From NCBI GenBank assembly GCA_035542755.1, contig DATKKU010000009.1, forward strand, positions 1 through 39,959: DNA of 39,959 nucleotides, written 5' to 3'. Origin of the DNA: Candidatus Binatia bacterium. Its GTDB lineage: Bacteria > Patescibacteriota > Saccharimonadia > Saccharimonadales > UBA10212. Every line of letters begins with the position of its first letter. Position 1 is the first letter of the stretch. The notes under the pieces are model-generated. The model searched no databases and was not told the origin of the DNA. It saw nothing but the letters and a program-made list of their open reading frames with translations. The position numbers and the translations under genes were made by a program. Positions 24,431-34,428 of the stretch are shown here, in pieces.

Positions 24431-25678
24431 ATGGCTAACCGTACTAACCAGGCAAACAAGAAAGATTCTGTGGCGGCTGAGAACGCTCGGCTTCGGGCTG
24501 AGAACCAGGAATTAAAGAAAGAGCTGAGCGCGGCAACCAAGCCCGCAAATTCCCGTTTGCACCACCGCTGGAAGGGCATAGTAATTTTCTTATGCGCCGC
24601 TTTAGCAGCGGCACTTTTAATCGTCGGCAACATCTTTTTTTGGGCCGGCAACACGCTAGTCGACACCAACAAATTTGTTAGTACCACTGGTCCGGTTATT
24701 TCTCAGCCTTCCGTGCAGTCAGCAGTGGCCGAATATACCACCAACCAACTCTTTATGAATTACGATGTTCAAGGCCTTGTGCAGCAAGTTTTGCCGCCCA
24801 AAGCTGACTTTTTAGCTCCACAAATAACCTCTCAGCTAAAGACCCACACACAAGGTGTCGTCCAAAAGGTAGTTGCCAGCCCAAAATTCCAACAGGCATG
24901 GCTTAGCACCCTGCGTAAAGCGCACGACCGCCTGATAAACTTTGCCAAAACCTATCAGGGTAGCGGCGACATTAATCTGGGCGACATTTTTACCCAGATA
25001 ACCAATAATTTGCAGGGAACCAAGCTATCGTTTTTGGTCGGCAAACAATTGCCCTCAAAATATAGCTCTATTCACATTGCCACGGTTGCCTGGCTGCCGG
25101 CCCTGCACAAGCTGTCCGCGCACATTGGTCTTTACCAATCGTTAACGACCGGTCTATTTATTGTGCTCAGCGCCGTGACTGTTTGGTTGTCTAAAAATCG
25201 TCGCCGAATGGTGTTGTCTTTGGCCATCGGTTTTGGCCTAGCCATGATTGTGACGCTCATTAGCATCCGTGTGGCCAAAGCTATAACGGTGTCTAGGGTT
25301 AATCCCGATTATCAACAGGCCGTCCGCGACACCATGAACATTATCTTCAAACCGTTGGTTATACAGACTTACTCTGTACTGCTGGCTGCGGGTCTAACCG
25401 CACTTGTGGCTTGGGTCAGTGGCCCGTACCGCTCGGCCAAAGCTATGCGAAATCGTACCGAGGCGCTGTTTGCCGGTAAGCTGCACCAGACGTTATTTGC
25501 CAGCGAAAACCGATTAACTAAGTTTTTTGGTAACCACAAGCGAGTCATCCAATGGACAATTGTAGCGCTTACCGCACTGGTACTGCTGGCCATCCAGCTA
25601 ACGCCGCTAGCCATTTTACTATCAGCCATAGTCATGCTAATTTTAGTGCTAATCACCGAAGTTTTGGCCGCTTCTTAG
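24431..25678 (+). CDS. membrane protein with N-terminal coiled-coil segment
   Basis: 415 aa with ENARLRAENQELKKEL, then a TM helix, a large loop and a C-terminal TM bundle. No family was recognised. Confidence 0.55.
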   Translation: MANRTNQANKKDSVAAENARLRAENQELKKELSAATKPANSRLHHRWKGIVIFLCAALAAALLIVGNIFFWAGNTLVDTNKFVSTTGPVISQPSVQSAVAEYTTNQLFMNYDVQGLVQQVLPPKADFLAPQITSQLKTHTQGVVQKVVASPKFQQAWLSTLRKAHDRLINFAKTYQGSGDINLGDIFTQITNNLQGTKLSFLVGKQLPSKYSSIHIATVAWLPALHKLSAHIGLYQSLTTGLFIVLSAVTVWLSKNRRRMVLSLAIGFGLAMIVTLISIRVAKAITVSRVNPDYQQAVRDTMNIIFKPLVIQTYSVLLAAGLTALVAWVSGPYRSAKAMRNRTEALFAGKLHQTLFASENRLTKFFGNHKRVIQWTIVALTALVLLAIQLTPLAILLSAIVMLILVLITEVLAAS

Positions 25679-25742
25679 AGTCTTATTGACAGTACCCCTC
25701 AAGCGGTCAATAATGGGAGTTAGATTTAATTAAGGGGGTCTT

Positions 25743-26138
25743 ATGGCACGATCGAATGAACCAACCGGCTGGGTAGGTTGGATATATTTTGCCAGCGCGG
25801 TAATGCTGGTTATGGGCGGACTCCAAGCTATCTCTGGCTTGGTGGCAATATTTAAAAACGACTTTTACGTCGCCACCCAAAATGGCCTGGTGGCGTTTAA
25901 CTACACCACTTGGGGCTGGATTGACCTGGTGCTTGGTGTAGTTGTTTTCTGTGCTGGCCTGGCGTTAATGAATGGCAGTGCCTGGGCGCGAGTGGTAGCT
26001 GTGTTTCTAACGGTACTTAGCGCACTGGCCAACTTCGCCTTCTTGCCGGCCTATCCAATCTGGTCGATTATCGGCCTGGTTGTCGATGGGTTAGTGCTCT
26101 ATGCACTGACCGTCCACGGCGGAGAGCTCCGCGACTAG
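25743..26138 (+). CDS. small 4-TM membrane protein
   Basis: 131 aa with SD aaggggg. No family was recognised. Confidence 0.6.
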   Translation: MARSNEPTGWVGWIYFASAVMLVMGGLQAISGLVAIFKNDFYVATQNGLVAFNYTTWGWIDLVLGVVVFCAGLALMNGSAWARVVAVFLTVLSALANFAFLPAYPIWSIIGLVVDGLVLYALTVHGGELRD

Positions 26139-26172
26139 TTTGATTTTAGCGGCCCCATGCCCGCTTGTTTTT

Positions 26173-26206
26173 AAAAACGCTCCGGGAAATTTCTCGGGGC
26201 GTTTTT
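26173..26206. terminator. bidirectional rho-independent terminator
   Basis: 14-bp stem AAAAACGCTCCGGG / CTCGGGGCGTTTTT (two G-U pairs) with loop aaattt. An A-tract lies 5' and a T-tract 3'. It sits between convergent genes. Confidence 0.7.
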
Positions 26207-26527
26207 TTATTTTTGCTTGGACTTTTGCCGGCGACCTTCAATTTTTGTGGCTCGGCTGTTTACCCTTTGAGTGCCAAGAACACTAAAGGCTCCGACCACG
26301 GCCGATACGCCTATCAAAATATAAAAGACATCGATTAGTCTGGCGACGTCGGTTGTCGGGTGCAAATCACCATAGCCAACGGTCGTCAGCGTCACTACCG
26401 AGAAATAAACGGCCTGTATCCATGTCCAGGGCTCCAGCTCATGAAAAGTTATGGTGCCAATGGCCATCCAGATAAAGGCTGTAATGGTCGCAGCTCGGAT
26501 CTGCGAGGCGCGTTTAGACTTGAACAT
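26207..26527 (-). CDS. minimal two-TM potassium channel (selectivity filter TVGYGD)
   Basis: TLTTVGYGDLHP filter. ATG 26527 is preferred over the listed TTG 26563 because a minus-strand TAGAAT (26540-26535) lies 7 nt upstream. Confidence 0.75.
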   Translation of the reverse strand: MFKSKRASQIRAATITAFIWMAIGTITFHELEPWTWIQAVYFSVVTLTTVGYGDLHPTTDVARLIDVFYILIGVSAVVGAFSVLGTQRVNSRATKIEGRRQKSKQK

Positions 26528-26534
26528 GCTATTT

Positions 26535-26540
26535 ATTCTA
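26535..26540 (-). promoter_or_regulatory. -10 box (TAGAAT) placed for a leaderless transcript
   Basis: It ends 7 nt upstream of the ATG at 26527. Confidence 0.4.
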
Positions 26541-26634
26541 ATAACTAAGCCCCAATCCTCCAAAAGTTAAATTGACAAACTACCGTTCTAAGAGGATAAA
26601 TGTATATAAGTAATTAAAGCTTGGAGGAAAAGCT

Positions 26635-27180
26635 ATGCAAAGACAGTCTATGTGGGGCGTGGGACTGGTAGCCGGTATTGCAGCTACATTGTTCGGCATT
26701 GCGGCCGTATTTTGGCCTGGTATAACAATATTAACGTTACTCTATCTGTTTGCTGCCTACGTTTTGGTAGACGGCATCGTCAACTTCTTTGGCGGCATCT
26801 TTAGTATCGGCAACAAGGGTTCTTCCTGGTTTCTTAGGCTGATATTGGGCGTTTTAGAAGTAGGTGTAGCCATTTACTTGCTGCGCCACCCGGGCGTGAC
26901 TTTTGCTACCTTTGTGCTGCTAATCGGCTTTACGCTGATTATCCGAGGCATAATTGACGTTGTAGGAGCCTTTACCGATAGACCAAACAACACTCACCGT
27001 GCTTTAGGTGTCGTTGGCGGTCTACTGGCACTGGTTGTTGGAATCATAGTACTGTTTCAACCAGCCGCTAGTGGCGTAGCCTTTGTCTGGCTACTTGGCG
27101 TTTACGCGCTGATTACCGGACCGATTACCATCGCTCTGGCTCTTGACGCACATAGCGCCGAGAAAAAAGCCACTCGCTAA
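26635..27180 (+). CDS. HdeD/DUF308-like membrane protein
   Basis: 181 aa with repeated glycine-rich TM hairpins. SD ggagga. Confidence 0.6.
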   Translation: MQRQSMWGVGLVAGIAATLFGIAAVFWPGITILTLLYLFAAYVLVDGIVNFFGGIFSIGNKGSSWFLRLILGVLEVGVAIYLLRHPGVTFATFVLLIGFTLIIRGIIDVVGAFTDRPNNTHRALGVVGGLLALVVGIIVLFQPAASGVAFVWLLGVYALITGPITIALALDAHSAEKKATR

Positions 27181-27205
27181 GAGTAGTTTTCGCTCAAAAA
27201 AAATT

Positions 27206-27244
27206 AGCCTCTTGGGGGATTACCCCCGGGGGCTTATTTTTTTT
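27206..27244 (+). terminator. rho-independent terminator
   Basis: AGCCTCT(t)GGGGG-atta-CCCCCGGGGGCT stem followed by tatttttttt. Confidence 0.7.
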
Positions 27245-27342
27245 CAAAAGCCCAGTGCCTAAGGCCGGCCTTAAATCACAGTTAAATCTCAGCCGGCAGT
27301 TATAATATAGATAAATCAAACTGAACTTAAAACGGGGGAAAG

Positions 27343-28770
27343 GTGCCCAGCTACGCCCATTTAACTGATTACCTGCAGGCCAACAGCGAGAAACTCGGCA
27401 AAAAAGCCGCGCTGGTCACCGACACTAAGACACTGGACTGGCAGCAGCTGCAGCGCCAGTCAGAGGTTGTCGGTCAGAACCTGACCAAACGTTTGGGCAG
27501 CGACAAGCAGCAGGTGGTGGCACTTTTGATGCCAAATACCTGGGAGTTTGTGGTGGCCTATCTGGGGATTTTGCAGGCCGGCCACATTGCTATGCCGATT
27601 GATGTTATCTATAAACCGCTGGAGATTGAAGCAGTGCTGCATCAAATTCCGCCAAGGCTGCTAATAGCCGACGAGGCCGGCCGGGCCCGCATCACTACTG
27701 ATATTCCAGTGCTGGGACTAGATGATTTGTCGTCGCCGCTTAATGAAAAAATAGAGCCGCTGCGCCTAGCGCCGGATAAGCAAATCGCTACGCTACTGTT
27801 TACTTCTGGCACTACCGGCCAGCCCAAAGCCGTGCCCTACACCCACGCAATCCACGCCTGGAATATTGACGTTTGCTCGCAAGTTTGGGAGTGGACGAGC
27901 GAAGACAGCCAGCTTATTTCGCTGCGGTTGTCCCATATGTACGGCCTGGTCATGGGGCTGTCCGGCACAATCTATCACGGCAATACCATGTACTTGCAGG
28001 ATGGGTTTGACGCTGCCACGACCCTGAAACTGCTAGCCAGCGGGAAGGTTAGCATCTTTACCCACGGGCCGCTTGTCTATGCCAAGTTGCTGGAAACTCC
28101 CAACCCAGAGAGCTACGACCTTAGCAAAGTACGTTTGTTCATTTCGGGTTCGGGGCCGCTAGCGCCGTCAATCTGGCAAAGTTTTAAAGATGTTTTTGGT
28201 CACGAAATTCTAGAGGTCTACGGCACAACCGAAACCGGCCGCATAGCCTCTAACTTACTCAACGAGCGGATTCCCGGCTCGCCCGGCCGGCCCTTGCCCG
28301 GCGTAAAGTTAAAAACTGATGCAAAGGACCAAGTTATGATTAAGTCGGGTGGTGTAATATCTGGCTACTGGAATAATAAAGATGCTACTGCCGAGGCCCG
28401 CACTAGCGACGGGTTTTGGAAAACTGGTGACTTTGGCGAGCTTAAAAACGGGCGGCTAATTTTAAAGGGCAGGCTTCAGGAGCGCATCCGCCGCCAAGGC
28501 TACACCGTATCACCGCGCGATGTAGAGTGGGCGCTATTGACCAATACGCAAATCAAAGAAGCGATTGTAGTGGGCGTACAGCAGCCCGGGCAGCCCAATG
28601 ATAAACTGGTTTATTTTTTACGAACCACACTTAGCGATGAACAAGTTGCCAAATTTTGCGCACAAGCCCTGCCATCGGTCTGGCGGCCAGACAAAGTGAT
28701 AAAACTGCCGCAAATCCCCAGAACCAGGAGCGGTAAGGCCAACTTACACGCTCTGAAGGAGATGCTGTAA
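27343..28770 (+). CDS. AMP-dependent synthetase/ligase (acyl-CoA synthetase family)
   Basis: LLFTSGTTGQPKAV, YGTTE and GDFGE motifs. GTG start with SD gggggaaag. Confidence 0.8.
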   Translation: MPSYAHLTDYLQANSEKLGKKAALVTDTKTLDWQQLQRQSEVVGQNLTKRLGSDKQQVVALLMPNTWEFVVAYLGILQAGHIAMPIDVIYKPLEIEAVLHQIPPRLLIADEAGRARITTDIPVLGLDDLSSPLNEKIEPLRLAPDKQIATLLFTSGTTGQPKAVPYTHAIHAWNIDVCSQVWEWTSEDSQLISLRLSHMYGLVMGLSGTIYHGNTMYLQDGFDAATTLKLLASGKVSIFTHGPLVYAKLLETPNPESYDLSKVRLFISGSGPLAPSIWQSFKDVFGHEILEVYGTTETGRIASNLLNERIPGSPGRPLPGVKLKTDAKDQVMIKSGGVISGYWNNKDATAEARTSDGFWKTGDFGELKNGRLILKGRLQERIRRQGYTVSPRDVEWALLTNTQIKEAIVVGVQQPGQPNDKLVYFLRTTLSDEQVAKFCAQALPSVWRPDKVIKLPQIPRTRSGKANLHALKEML

Positions 28771-28784
28771 ACTAAAAGCTTGCC

Positions 28785-29981
28785 ATGGATGAAGATGTAG
28801 GGACACAAGTCGCACCAAGCAAACGGATAATTGAACTTGATATTATCCGCGGCATTTTTTTGGTGGTCATTTTAATTGACCACATTGAGCTTTATCCCAG
28901 TGGTTTTGATTTATTTACCGGTCGCGGGCGCCTGCTGGTATCGGCTGCCGAGGGCTTTTTCTTTATGTCCGGTCTGTTGGTTGGTATGGTCTACCGCCGA
29001 CGTATAAACCGCGGCATGAAGTTTATATTTAGGAAAATGTGGCGCCGGGCTATTGAGCTCTGGCTGGCCTCAATTGTTCTATCGCTGCTATTTACGGCAG
29101 CCGCAATTTATCTTCATCATACCGGCATTAAAGATGGGCTGCTGCCGGTTACTAACTGGCCGCACATCATAAAAGAGACCGTCTTGATGCGCTACGGCTA
29201 CGGCTGGGCAGACTTTTTGGACCGCTTTGCGATACTGATGTTTTTGGCGCCGTTTGCATTTTGGTTGCTGGTCAAAAAAAAGTGGTGGCTGCTGGCAATC
29301 ATCAGCCTTGTAACCTGGGCTTTTCGCGGCAACAACTTTACGTTTTCCTGGCAGCTTATTTTTGCCGGCGGCATGATAATCGGTTACCACTGGTATCAGC
29401 TGGGTGCTCGCTACCGAAAGCTATCTGCGCAAACCAAAAAGCACGTCCGGTACACTGTTGGCTGGGTGACCGGCATCTCGTTTTTGCTCAGCTACGCCAG
29501 CGTCTTTATATTGTCGGTACTCAACGAAAGGATGTCGTCCTTACCGCTTTGGCTGCAGCACGGCACCAATAGCTGGAATTCAGCCAACGCCTGGGTGTGG
29601 CTATATTCGCAAAAGTGGACGGTTGGTCCGGTGCGCATAGTACTGTTTGCGTTTTGGTTCAGCACGCTGTTTTGGCTGGTCAGCCGCTACTATCGCCGCA
29701 TTAATCCGCGCTTAGTCGGAGCCGTAGAGCTACTTGGACGCAACAGCCTGTTTGTTTATATAATTCACGCCTTTATTGTTTTTGGCTTCAAGCTATTTAT
29801 TCCAAGCGCAACCACGCTTTTGGAAAATTTCCTGATTACGGCAGTAGCTCTCCTGCTGCTAATAATCATTACAAGGCGTTATGAAAAGTGGCAAGTCTCC
29901 AAACAGCCCAAAAAAGCTAAAGCTCACGCCAAGCAGCCCAAACAGGCATATCTAAAGCCCGACTTGGTTAAAAGCCCCTAG
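28785..29981 (+). CDS. OpgC/acyltransferase-3-like polytopic membrane protein
   Basis: N-terminal ELDIIRGIFLVVILIDHI motif and about 10 TM helices. Confidence 0.55.
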   Translation: MDEDVGTQVAPSKRIIELDIIRGIFLVVILIDHIELYPSGFDLFTGRGRLLVSAAEGFFFMSGLLVGMVYRRRINRGMKFIFRKMWRRAIELWLASIVLSLLFTAAAIYLHHTGIKDGLLPVTNWPHIIKETVLMRYGYGWADFLDRFAILMFLAPFAFWLLVKKKWWLLAIISLVTWAFRGNNFTFSWQLIFAGGMIIGYHWYQLGARYRKLSAQTKKHVRYTVGWVTGISFLLSYASVFILSVLNERMSSLPLWLQHGTNSWNSANAWVWLYSQKWTVGPVRIVLFAFWFSTLFWLVSRYYRRINPRLVGAVELLGRNSLFVYIIHAFIVFGFKLFIPSATTLLENFLITAVALLLLIIITRRYEKWQVSKQPKKAKAHAKQPKQAYLKPDLVKSP

Positions 29982-31039
29982 GAGCCCTGGAGCAGCTGAA
30001 GCGAGCGCTGGTATATCTGTGTGCGCTGTTGACCTAGCCCATGATTGCCGCCCTGATAGATAAAATACTGATGGACCTCGCCGGCCTTAGTCAAGGCTTG
30101 GTCCAAATCGGCTGAAAAATGGGGCGGGACCGTACGGTCAGCGGTGCCAACATGTATTTGGATATGCGCCTTAGTGCCGGCTACAAAATTAATCGGCGCC
30201 GTATTGTCCCAAAACCCGGGGTTACTGAGCGGCGTGCCGTGCTTATCCAGCTGGTCCAAGCGAATATTGGCAGCCGTTGGGTTAGACGTATCAGAAATGG
30301 CGATGTAGGACCGAAACATGTCCGCCGGGTAGCCGACCGGGCCAGACAGCAGGATAACATTTTTGATATCCGGACTGATTACCGCAGCCCGCAGGGCTAT
30401 ATAAGCGCCCATACTGTGGCCCCACATGTTTATGTCGGCTTTATTTAGATATACTGTGTTTTTTACGGCCGCTACCAGGCTTAGAACGTCAGTATTGTAG
30501 GCCGAGGAATAAAAGGCCCCCTCGGGCTGGCCATCGGGTATAGATAAGCCCTGGCCCCTAAAGTCCGGTTTTAAAACCGCAAAGCCGTGCTGCGAATAGA
30601 ATTCCATGTCGCTCAAGTAGGCTTTGGTTGTTGAGTAGCTCCACGGATTGGAGTAGCCGTGGCATAGTATTACCACCGGGTAACCGCCAGCCGGCTCGGC
30701 CGTCACTGGCAGGGTCATCAGCCCCTTTTCGGTCAAATTGTCGTGCGGTACGGCAAACTTAAAAATATACTGGTGAGCGTTCGCGCTAACGCCCAAGTCC
30801 TGTACCTTTGTAACTTGCGAGCTGGTATAGCTAACTTTGCGCAGGTCCCGAATGTCCAGGCTTTTATATAGAGACTGCTCGGCAGTGGCCGTGGAGCCTG
30901 ACTTGCCAACCTGGTCCTGGCGGTCGGCATGAGTAAGGATAACTACCACGCCAACAAAAACTGCCAGCAAGCCCAGGGCTATAAAGTATAAGCCATGGTC
31001 AAGCCTAAGCAGTAGTTTTGGTTTTTTTGATTTTGCCAT
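29978..31039 (-). CDS. membrane-anchored alpha/beta hydrolase (S9 / dienelactone hydrolase-like)
   Basis: N-terminal TM helix and a GHSMGA nucleophile elbow. Confidence 0.65.
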   Translation of the reverse strand: MAKSKKPKLLLRLDHGLYFIALGLLAVFVGVVVILTHADRQDQVGKSGSTATAEQSLYKSLDIRDLRKVSYTSSQVTKVQDLGVSANAHQYIFKFAVPHDNLTEKGLMTLPVTAEPAGGYPVVILCHGYSNPWSYSTTKAYLSDMEFYSQHGFAVLKPDFRGQGLSIPDGQPEGAFYSSAYNTDVLSLVAAVKNTVYLNKADINMWGHSMGAYIALRAAVISPDIKNVILLSGPVGYPADMFRSYIAISDTSNPTAANIRLDQLDKHGTPLSNPGFWDNTAPINFVAGTKAHIQIHVGTADRTVPPHFSADLDQALTKAGEVHQYFIYQGGNHGLGQQRTQIYQRSLQLLQGS

Positions 31040-31173
31040 TAAGTATATAAAAGCTTACTTTTTAGTCTTAGGCTATATAATAGCGTGGTTTCAGAGGTTA
31101 GGCTAATGCTTATTTTAAGCTGTCGCTAAAATCTCAGAGGCGGTTTGCCGGCCAAGCGCTTATACTTAATCCT

Positions 31174-31845
31174 GTGGGCAGTATCAATTTTTATAACCTG
31201 GGCAGTCAAGCCGCAGCCGCCAAACTTGTGGCGGCCGCAGTAGAGCAGGCTAGTAGCAGTGGCCGCTCGGTGCTGGTACTGCTGTCCGGCGGCTCGGCCA
31301 TAGGCACTGCCGTTAGATTAAGCGGCCTGATTGATTCGGTTGCCAGCAAATGCACCTTTAGCCTAGTAGACGAGCGTTGGGGCCGTCCAGGACACGCCGA
31401 CTCCAACTGGCAGCAGCTAAAATCGGCTGATCTAAGGCTAGATAAAATTAACTTTTACGAAGTGCTAAACGGTCAAGATGCCACCGCGGCGGCCGGCGAT
31501 TTTAACGCATTTTTACAGCAGGCTTTGAACGACCACGACTATATAATCGGGCTATTTGGCATAGGTGCCGACGGCCATACTGCCGGCATACTGCCGGGTA
31601 GTCCGGCGGTTGCCGCCAAAGGCTACGCCGTAGCATATAGTGCCGACGATTATCAGCGGATTACCATAACTCCGCTAATGATTGCTAAAATAGACGAAGC
31701 GTTTGTGTACGCACTCGGGCCGGCCAAAGCTGAGCAGCTGGACAGGCTGGCGCTAGAGCTGCCGCTTGATAAGCAGCCGGCGCAGGCGCTAAAAACAGTG
31801 CCAAAGTTAGTTATCTTTAATGATTCTAGGGGAGTAAAGCTATGA
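31174..31845 (+). CDS. pgl: 6-phosphogluconolactonase
   Basis: LLSGGS and GIGADGHTAGILPGSP motifs. It is coupled to gnd by an ATGA overlap. Confidence 0.75.
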   Translation: MGSINFYNLGSQAAAAKLVAAAVEQASSSGRSVLVLLSGGSAIGTAVRLSGLIDSVASKCTFSLVDERWGRPGHADSNWQQLKSADLRLDKINFYEVLNGQDATAAAGDFNAFLQQALNDHDYIIGLFGIGADGHTAGILPGSPAVAAKGYAVAYSADDYQRITITPLMIAKIDEAFVYALGPAKAEQLDRLALELPLDKQPAQALKTVPKLVIFNDSRGVKL

Positions 31846-32741
31846 TAATAGGTTTTAGCGGGCTAGGAAAAATGGGCGGCCAAATGGTAGCCAGGTTACT
31901 GGCCGGCGGTCACGAGGTTTACGTAGTTAACCGCAGCCCCGAACCCGTAGATAAAATGGTGGCCCTCGGCGCCAAGCGCGGCGACAGCCTGGAGAATCTG
32001 ACCAAGCTGCTCAAGCCGGTAATTATTTGGCTCATGGTACCGGCCGATGTTGTAGACGAGCAGTTTAACACCATCTTAAAAACCGCGCCGATGAGCTCTA
32101 TTATTATTGACGGCGGCAACTCCAACTTTCGTGACACTCAGCGCCGGGCCGAGACCGCTAAAAGCCGAGGCATCTTTTTTGTAGACGTCGGCACTAGCGG
32201 AGGAATTTTGGGCGAAAAAAACGGCTTTTCTATGATGGTCGGCGGTGACAAGCAAGCCGTTCAGCTAATTACCCCAGTTATAGACAGCCTGGCGGCTCCT
32301 TACGGCTGGCACCACTTTGGGCCGGCCGGCAGCGGACACTACGTAAAGATGGTTCATAACGCTATTGAGTACGGCATGATGGAATCTTACGCCGAGGGTT
32401 ACCGTATGTTAAGAGAGGGGCCATACACCGAGCTGGATCTAGCCGCCGCCGGGCGCATTTGGCAGCACGGCAGCATCATAGACTCGCTGCTCAACCAGCT
32501 AACCATGGAGGCCATTGAGGAGAATCCAAGTCTAGAGGGCATAGACGGCGTAGTAGCCGAGTCCGGTGAGGCCCGCTGGACGCTGGAGCTGGCCCGTGAG
32601 CTAAATATTCCTATGCCGTCAATCCAGGCTTCGTTTGACGTACGGCTGCAGAGCCAGCAAGGCCAGGTTAACTTTGCCACCAAGCTGCTGGCAGCCATGC
32701 GCAACAAGTTCGGTGGACATAATCTAAACCCAGATCAGTAA
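31842..32741 (+). CDS. gnd: 6-phosphogluconate dehydrogenase (short, decarboxylating, YqeC/Gnd-like)
   Basis: GLGKMGGQMVARL Rossmann fold and NAIEYGMMESYAEG. Confidence 0.8.
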   Translation: MIIGFSGLGKMGGQMVARLLAGGHEVYVVNRSPEPVDKMVALGAKRGDSLENLTKLLKPVIIWLMVPADVVDEQFNTILKTAPMSSIIIDGGNSNFRDTQRRAETAKSRGIFFVDVGTSGGILGEKNGFSMMVGGDKQAVQLITPVIDSLAAPYGWHHFGPAGSGHYVKMVHNAIEYGMMESYAEGYRMLREGPYTELDLAAAGRIWQHGSIIDSLLNQLTMEAIEENPSLEGIDGVVAESGEARWTLELARELNIPMPSIQASFDVRLQSQQGQVNFATKLLAAMRNKFGGHNLNPDQ

Positions 32742-32745
32742 CTTC

Positions 32746-33672
32746 TTAAGCCGTGCGACGATGAGCAGCCGCTGCCTTAGGCAGGGCGGGCGCTTTATGC
32801 TTAGCCAGCTGATTTTTTACAAAGCTAATTAAGTACGGCGTAATCAGGTAGCCAAGAACGGCGTAGGTAATGCCGCAAATCACGTCAAAAGCGTAGTGCT
32901 CGCCTTCGTAAACTACTCCAACATAAATAAGTATTGGGTAGATAAGCGACAGCGCACCCCAGCGCCGACCGTAAAGCTTAAATATAAAGATGCTAAACAG
33001 TGTGGCCACGGCGGCGTGCAGGGACGGTACGGCGGCCACCGGGTTGGGGGCGATATGGTTATATAGCGACGGAAAGTTATTGATACCCAAACTAAACCAA
33101 ACGTTGCTAGATATGCGCACAATTGGCTCGATATAGTGATTCTGGCTGGCCAGCCAGGGCGGCGCCGCCGGAAACAGCAAAAACGTCAAAAACGCACTGA
33201 AAAATACCACCATATAGGTCGTGACTACTTGCCAATAGTAGCTGTCGCGGGTCTTCCAGACCAAAATTGCCAGCCCCAGCGGCACCACAAAAAACAGCAT
33301 GTAGGGGACGTAGAGCACCACATCGTACCAGCTTGTATGTCCGCGCCACAGCCAGCGCTGCAAATATATGGTCGGCAGGTTTCCAAACAGTAGCTTGTCA
33401 ACGTGCGGCGCTAGTGTGTAGTTAACATGGCTATTTAAACTATGGGCAATACCCCGAAAAGATTCATAAACCAGCAGCAGTGCTACGAATGGTCCCAGCC
33501 TTAGCAGCATTACTATGGCCTGGCTAAAAATCATAAATACAAAAAACAAAAAAACTATTAACTTATCGGGGGTAGGGAAGCTGGGGTCGCGAATAAAAAT
33601 AGCTAGGCAGGCAGCTGTGCCGGCAACACCCAGTATTTGGAAAACTCTCTGTTTGGTTTTTACCACTAGCAT
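32746..33672 (-). CDS. PAP2-superfamily membrane phosphotransferase/phosphatase (Aur1/Ipt1-like PAP2_3 layout)
   Basis: PSLH (C2-like) and HYAFD (HxxxD, C3-like) motifs in a polytopic protein. Confidence 0.55.
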   Translation of the reverse strand: MLVVKTKQRVFQILGVAGTAACLAIFIRDPSFPTPDKLIVFLFFVFMIFSQAIVMLLRLGPFVALLLVYESFRGIAHSLNSHVNYTLAPHVDKLLFGNLPTIYLQRWLWRGHTSWYDVVLYVPYMLFFVVPLGLAILVWKTRDSYYWQVVTTYMVVFFSAFLTFLLFPAAPPWLASQNHYIEPIVRISSNVWFSLGINNFPSLYNHIAPNPVAAVPSLHAAVATLFSIFIFKLYGRRWGALSLIYPILIYVGVVYEGEHYAFDVICGITYAVLGYLITPYLISFVKNQLAKHKAPALPKAAAAHRRTA

Positions 33673-33747
33673 TCATTGTACATTAGCGGGCTCGCGACAA
33701 GCTATTCAGCCCCATCTCAGGTAGTTTCAAGTAAAATATAGACAGTT

Positions 33748-34428
33748 ATGAGAATTCTAGTTATAGAGGATGAGCACAAGATAGCCAACGCTATTAAGCA
33801 GGGCCTGGTGCAGGAAAAGTACGCTGTAGATTTGGAATACGACAGCGACAGCGGCCTGGCCGCCGGCCTGGCCGAAAGCTACGACGTTATGATTATTGAC
33901 CGCATGCTGCCGGGCAACCTGGAGGGTATGGAAATTTGCCGAGCACTGCGCGAAAAGGGCATCCATACGCCAATACTGCTACTAACCGCCAAGGGCCAAA
34001 TCCGCGACCGGGTAGACGGACTAAACAGCGGCGCCGATGATTATCTGGTCAAGCCTTTCTCGTTTGAGGAGCTGCTAGCTAGGGTGCGGGCTCTGCTGCG
34101 CCGCCCGCCAACCAGCAGCGGCAATACCCTAAAAGTGGCCGATTTATCACTAGACACCATCACCTATCAGGTTAGCCGCGGCGGCAAATCCATTAACTTA
34201 AGCGCCAAAGAGTTTGCTCTTTTAGAGTATCTAATGCGAAGCCAGGGCCAGATTTTATCAAAGGACAACATTATCTCGCACGTTTGGGACTTTGACGCCG
34301 ACATTTTGCCCAACACCGTAGAGGTCTACATGGGTTACCTCCGCAACAAAATTGATAAGCCATTTGACGGCCCAGAGTTAATCCACACTCTGCGCGGCTT
34401 CGGCTACAAACTTGGAGCGAGTAAATGA
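33748..34428 (+). CDS. OmpR-family response regulator
   Basis: Receiver domain (MRILVIEDE..., DVMIIDRMLPG, LLLTAK) plus a winged-helix domain (LRGFGYKL). Confidence 0.9.
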   Translation: MRILVIEDEHKIANAIKQGLVQEKYAVDLEYDSDSGLAAGLAESYDVMIIDRMLPGNLEGMEICRALREKGIHTPILLLTAKGQIRDRVDGLNSGADDYLVKPFSFEELLARVRALLRRPPTSSGNTLKVADLSLDTITYQVSRGGKSINLSAKEFALLEYLMRSQGQILSKDNIISHVWDFDADILPNTVEVYMGYLRNKIDKPFDGPELIHTLRGFGYKLGASK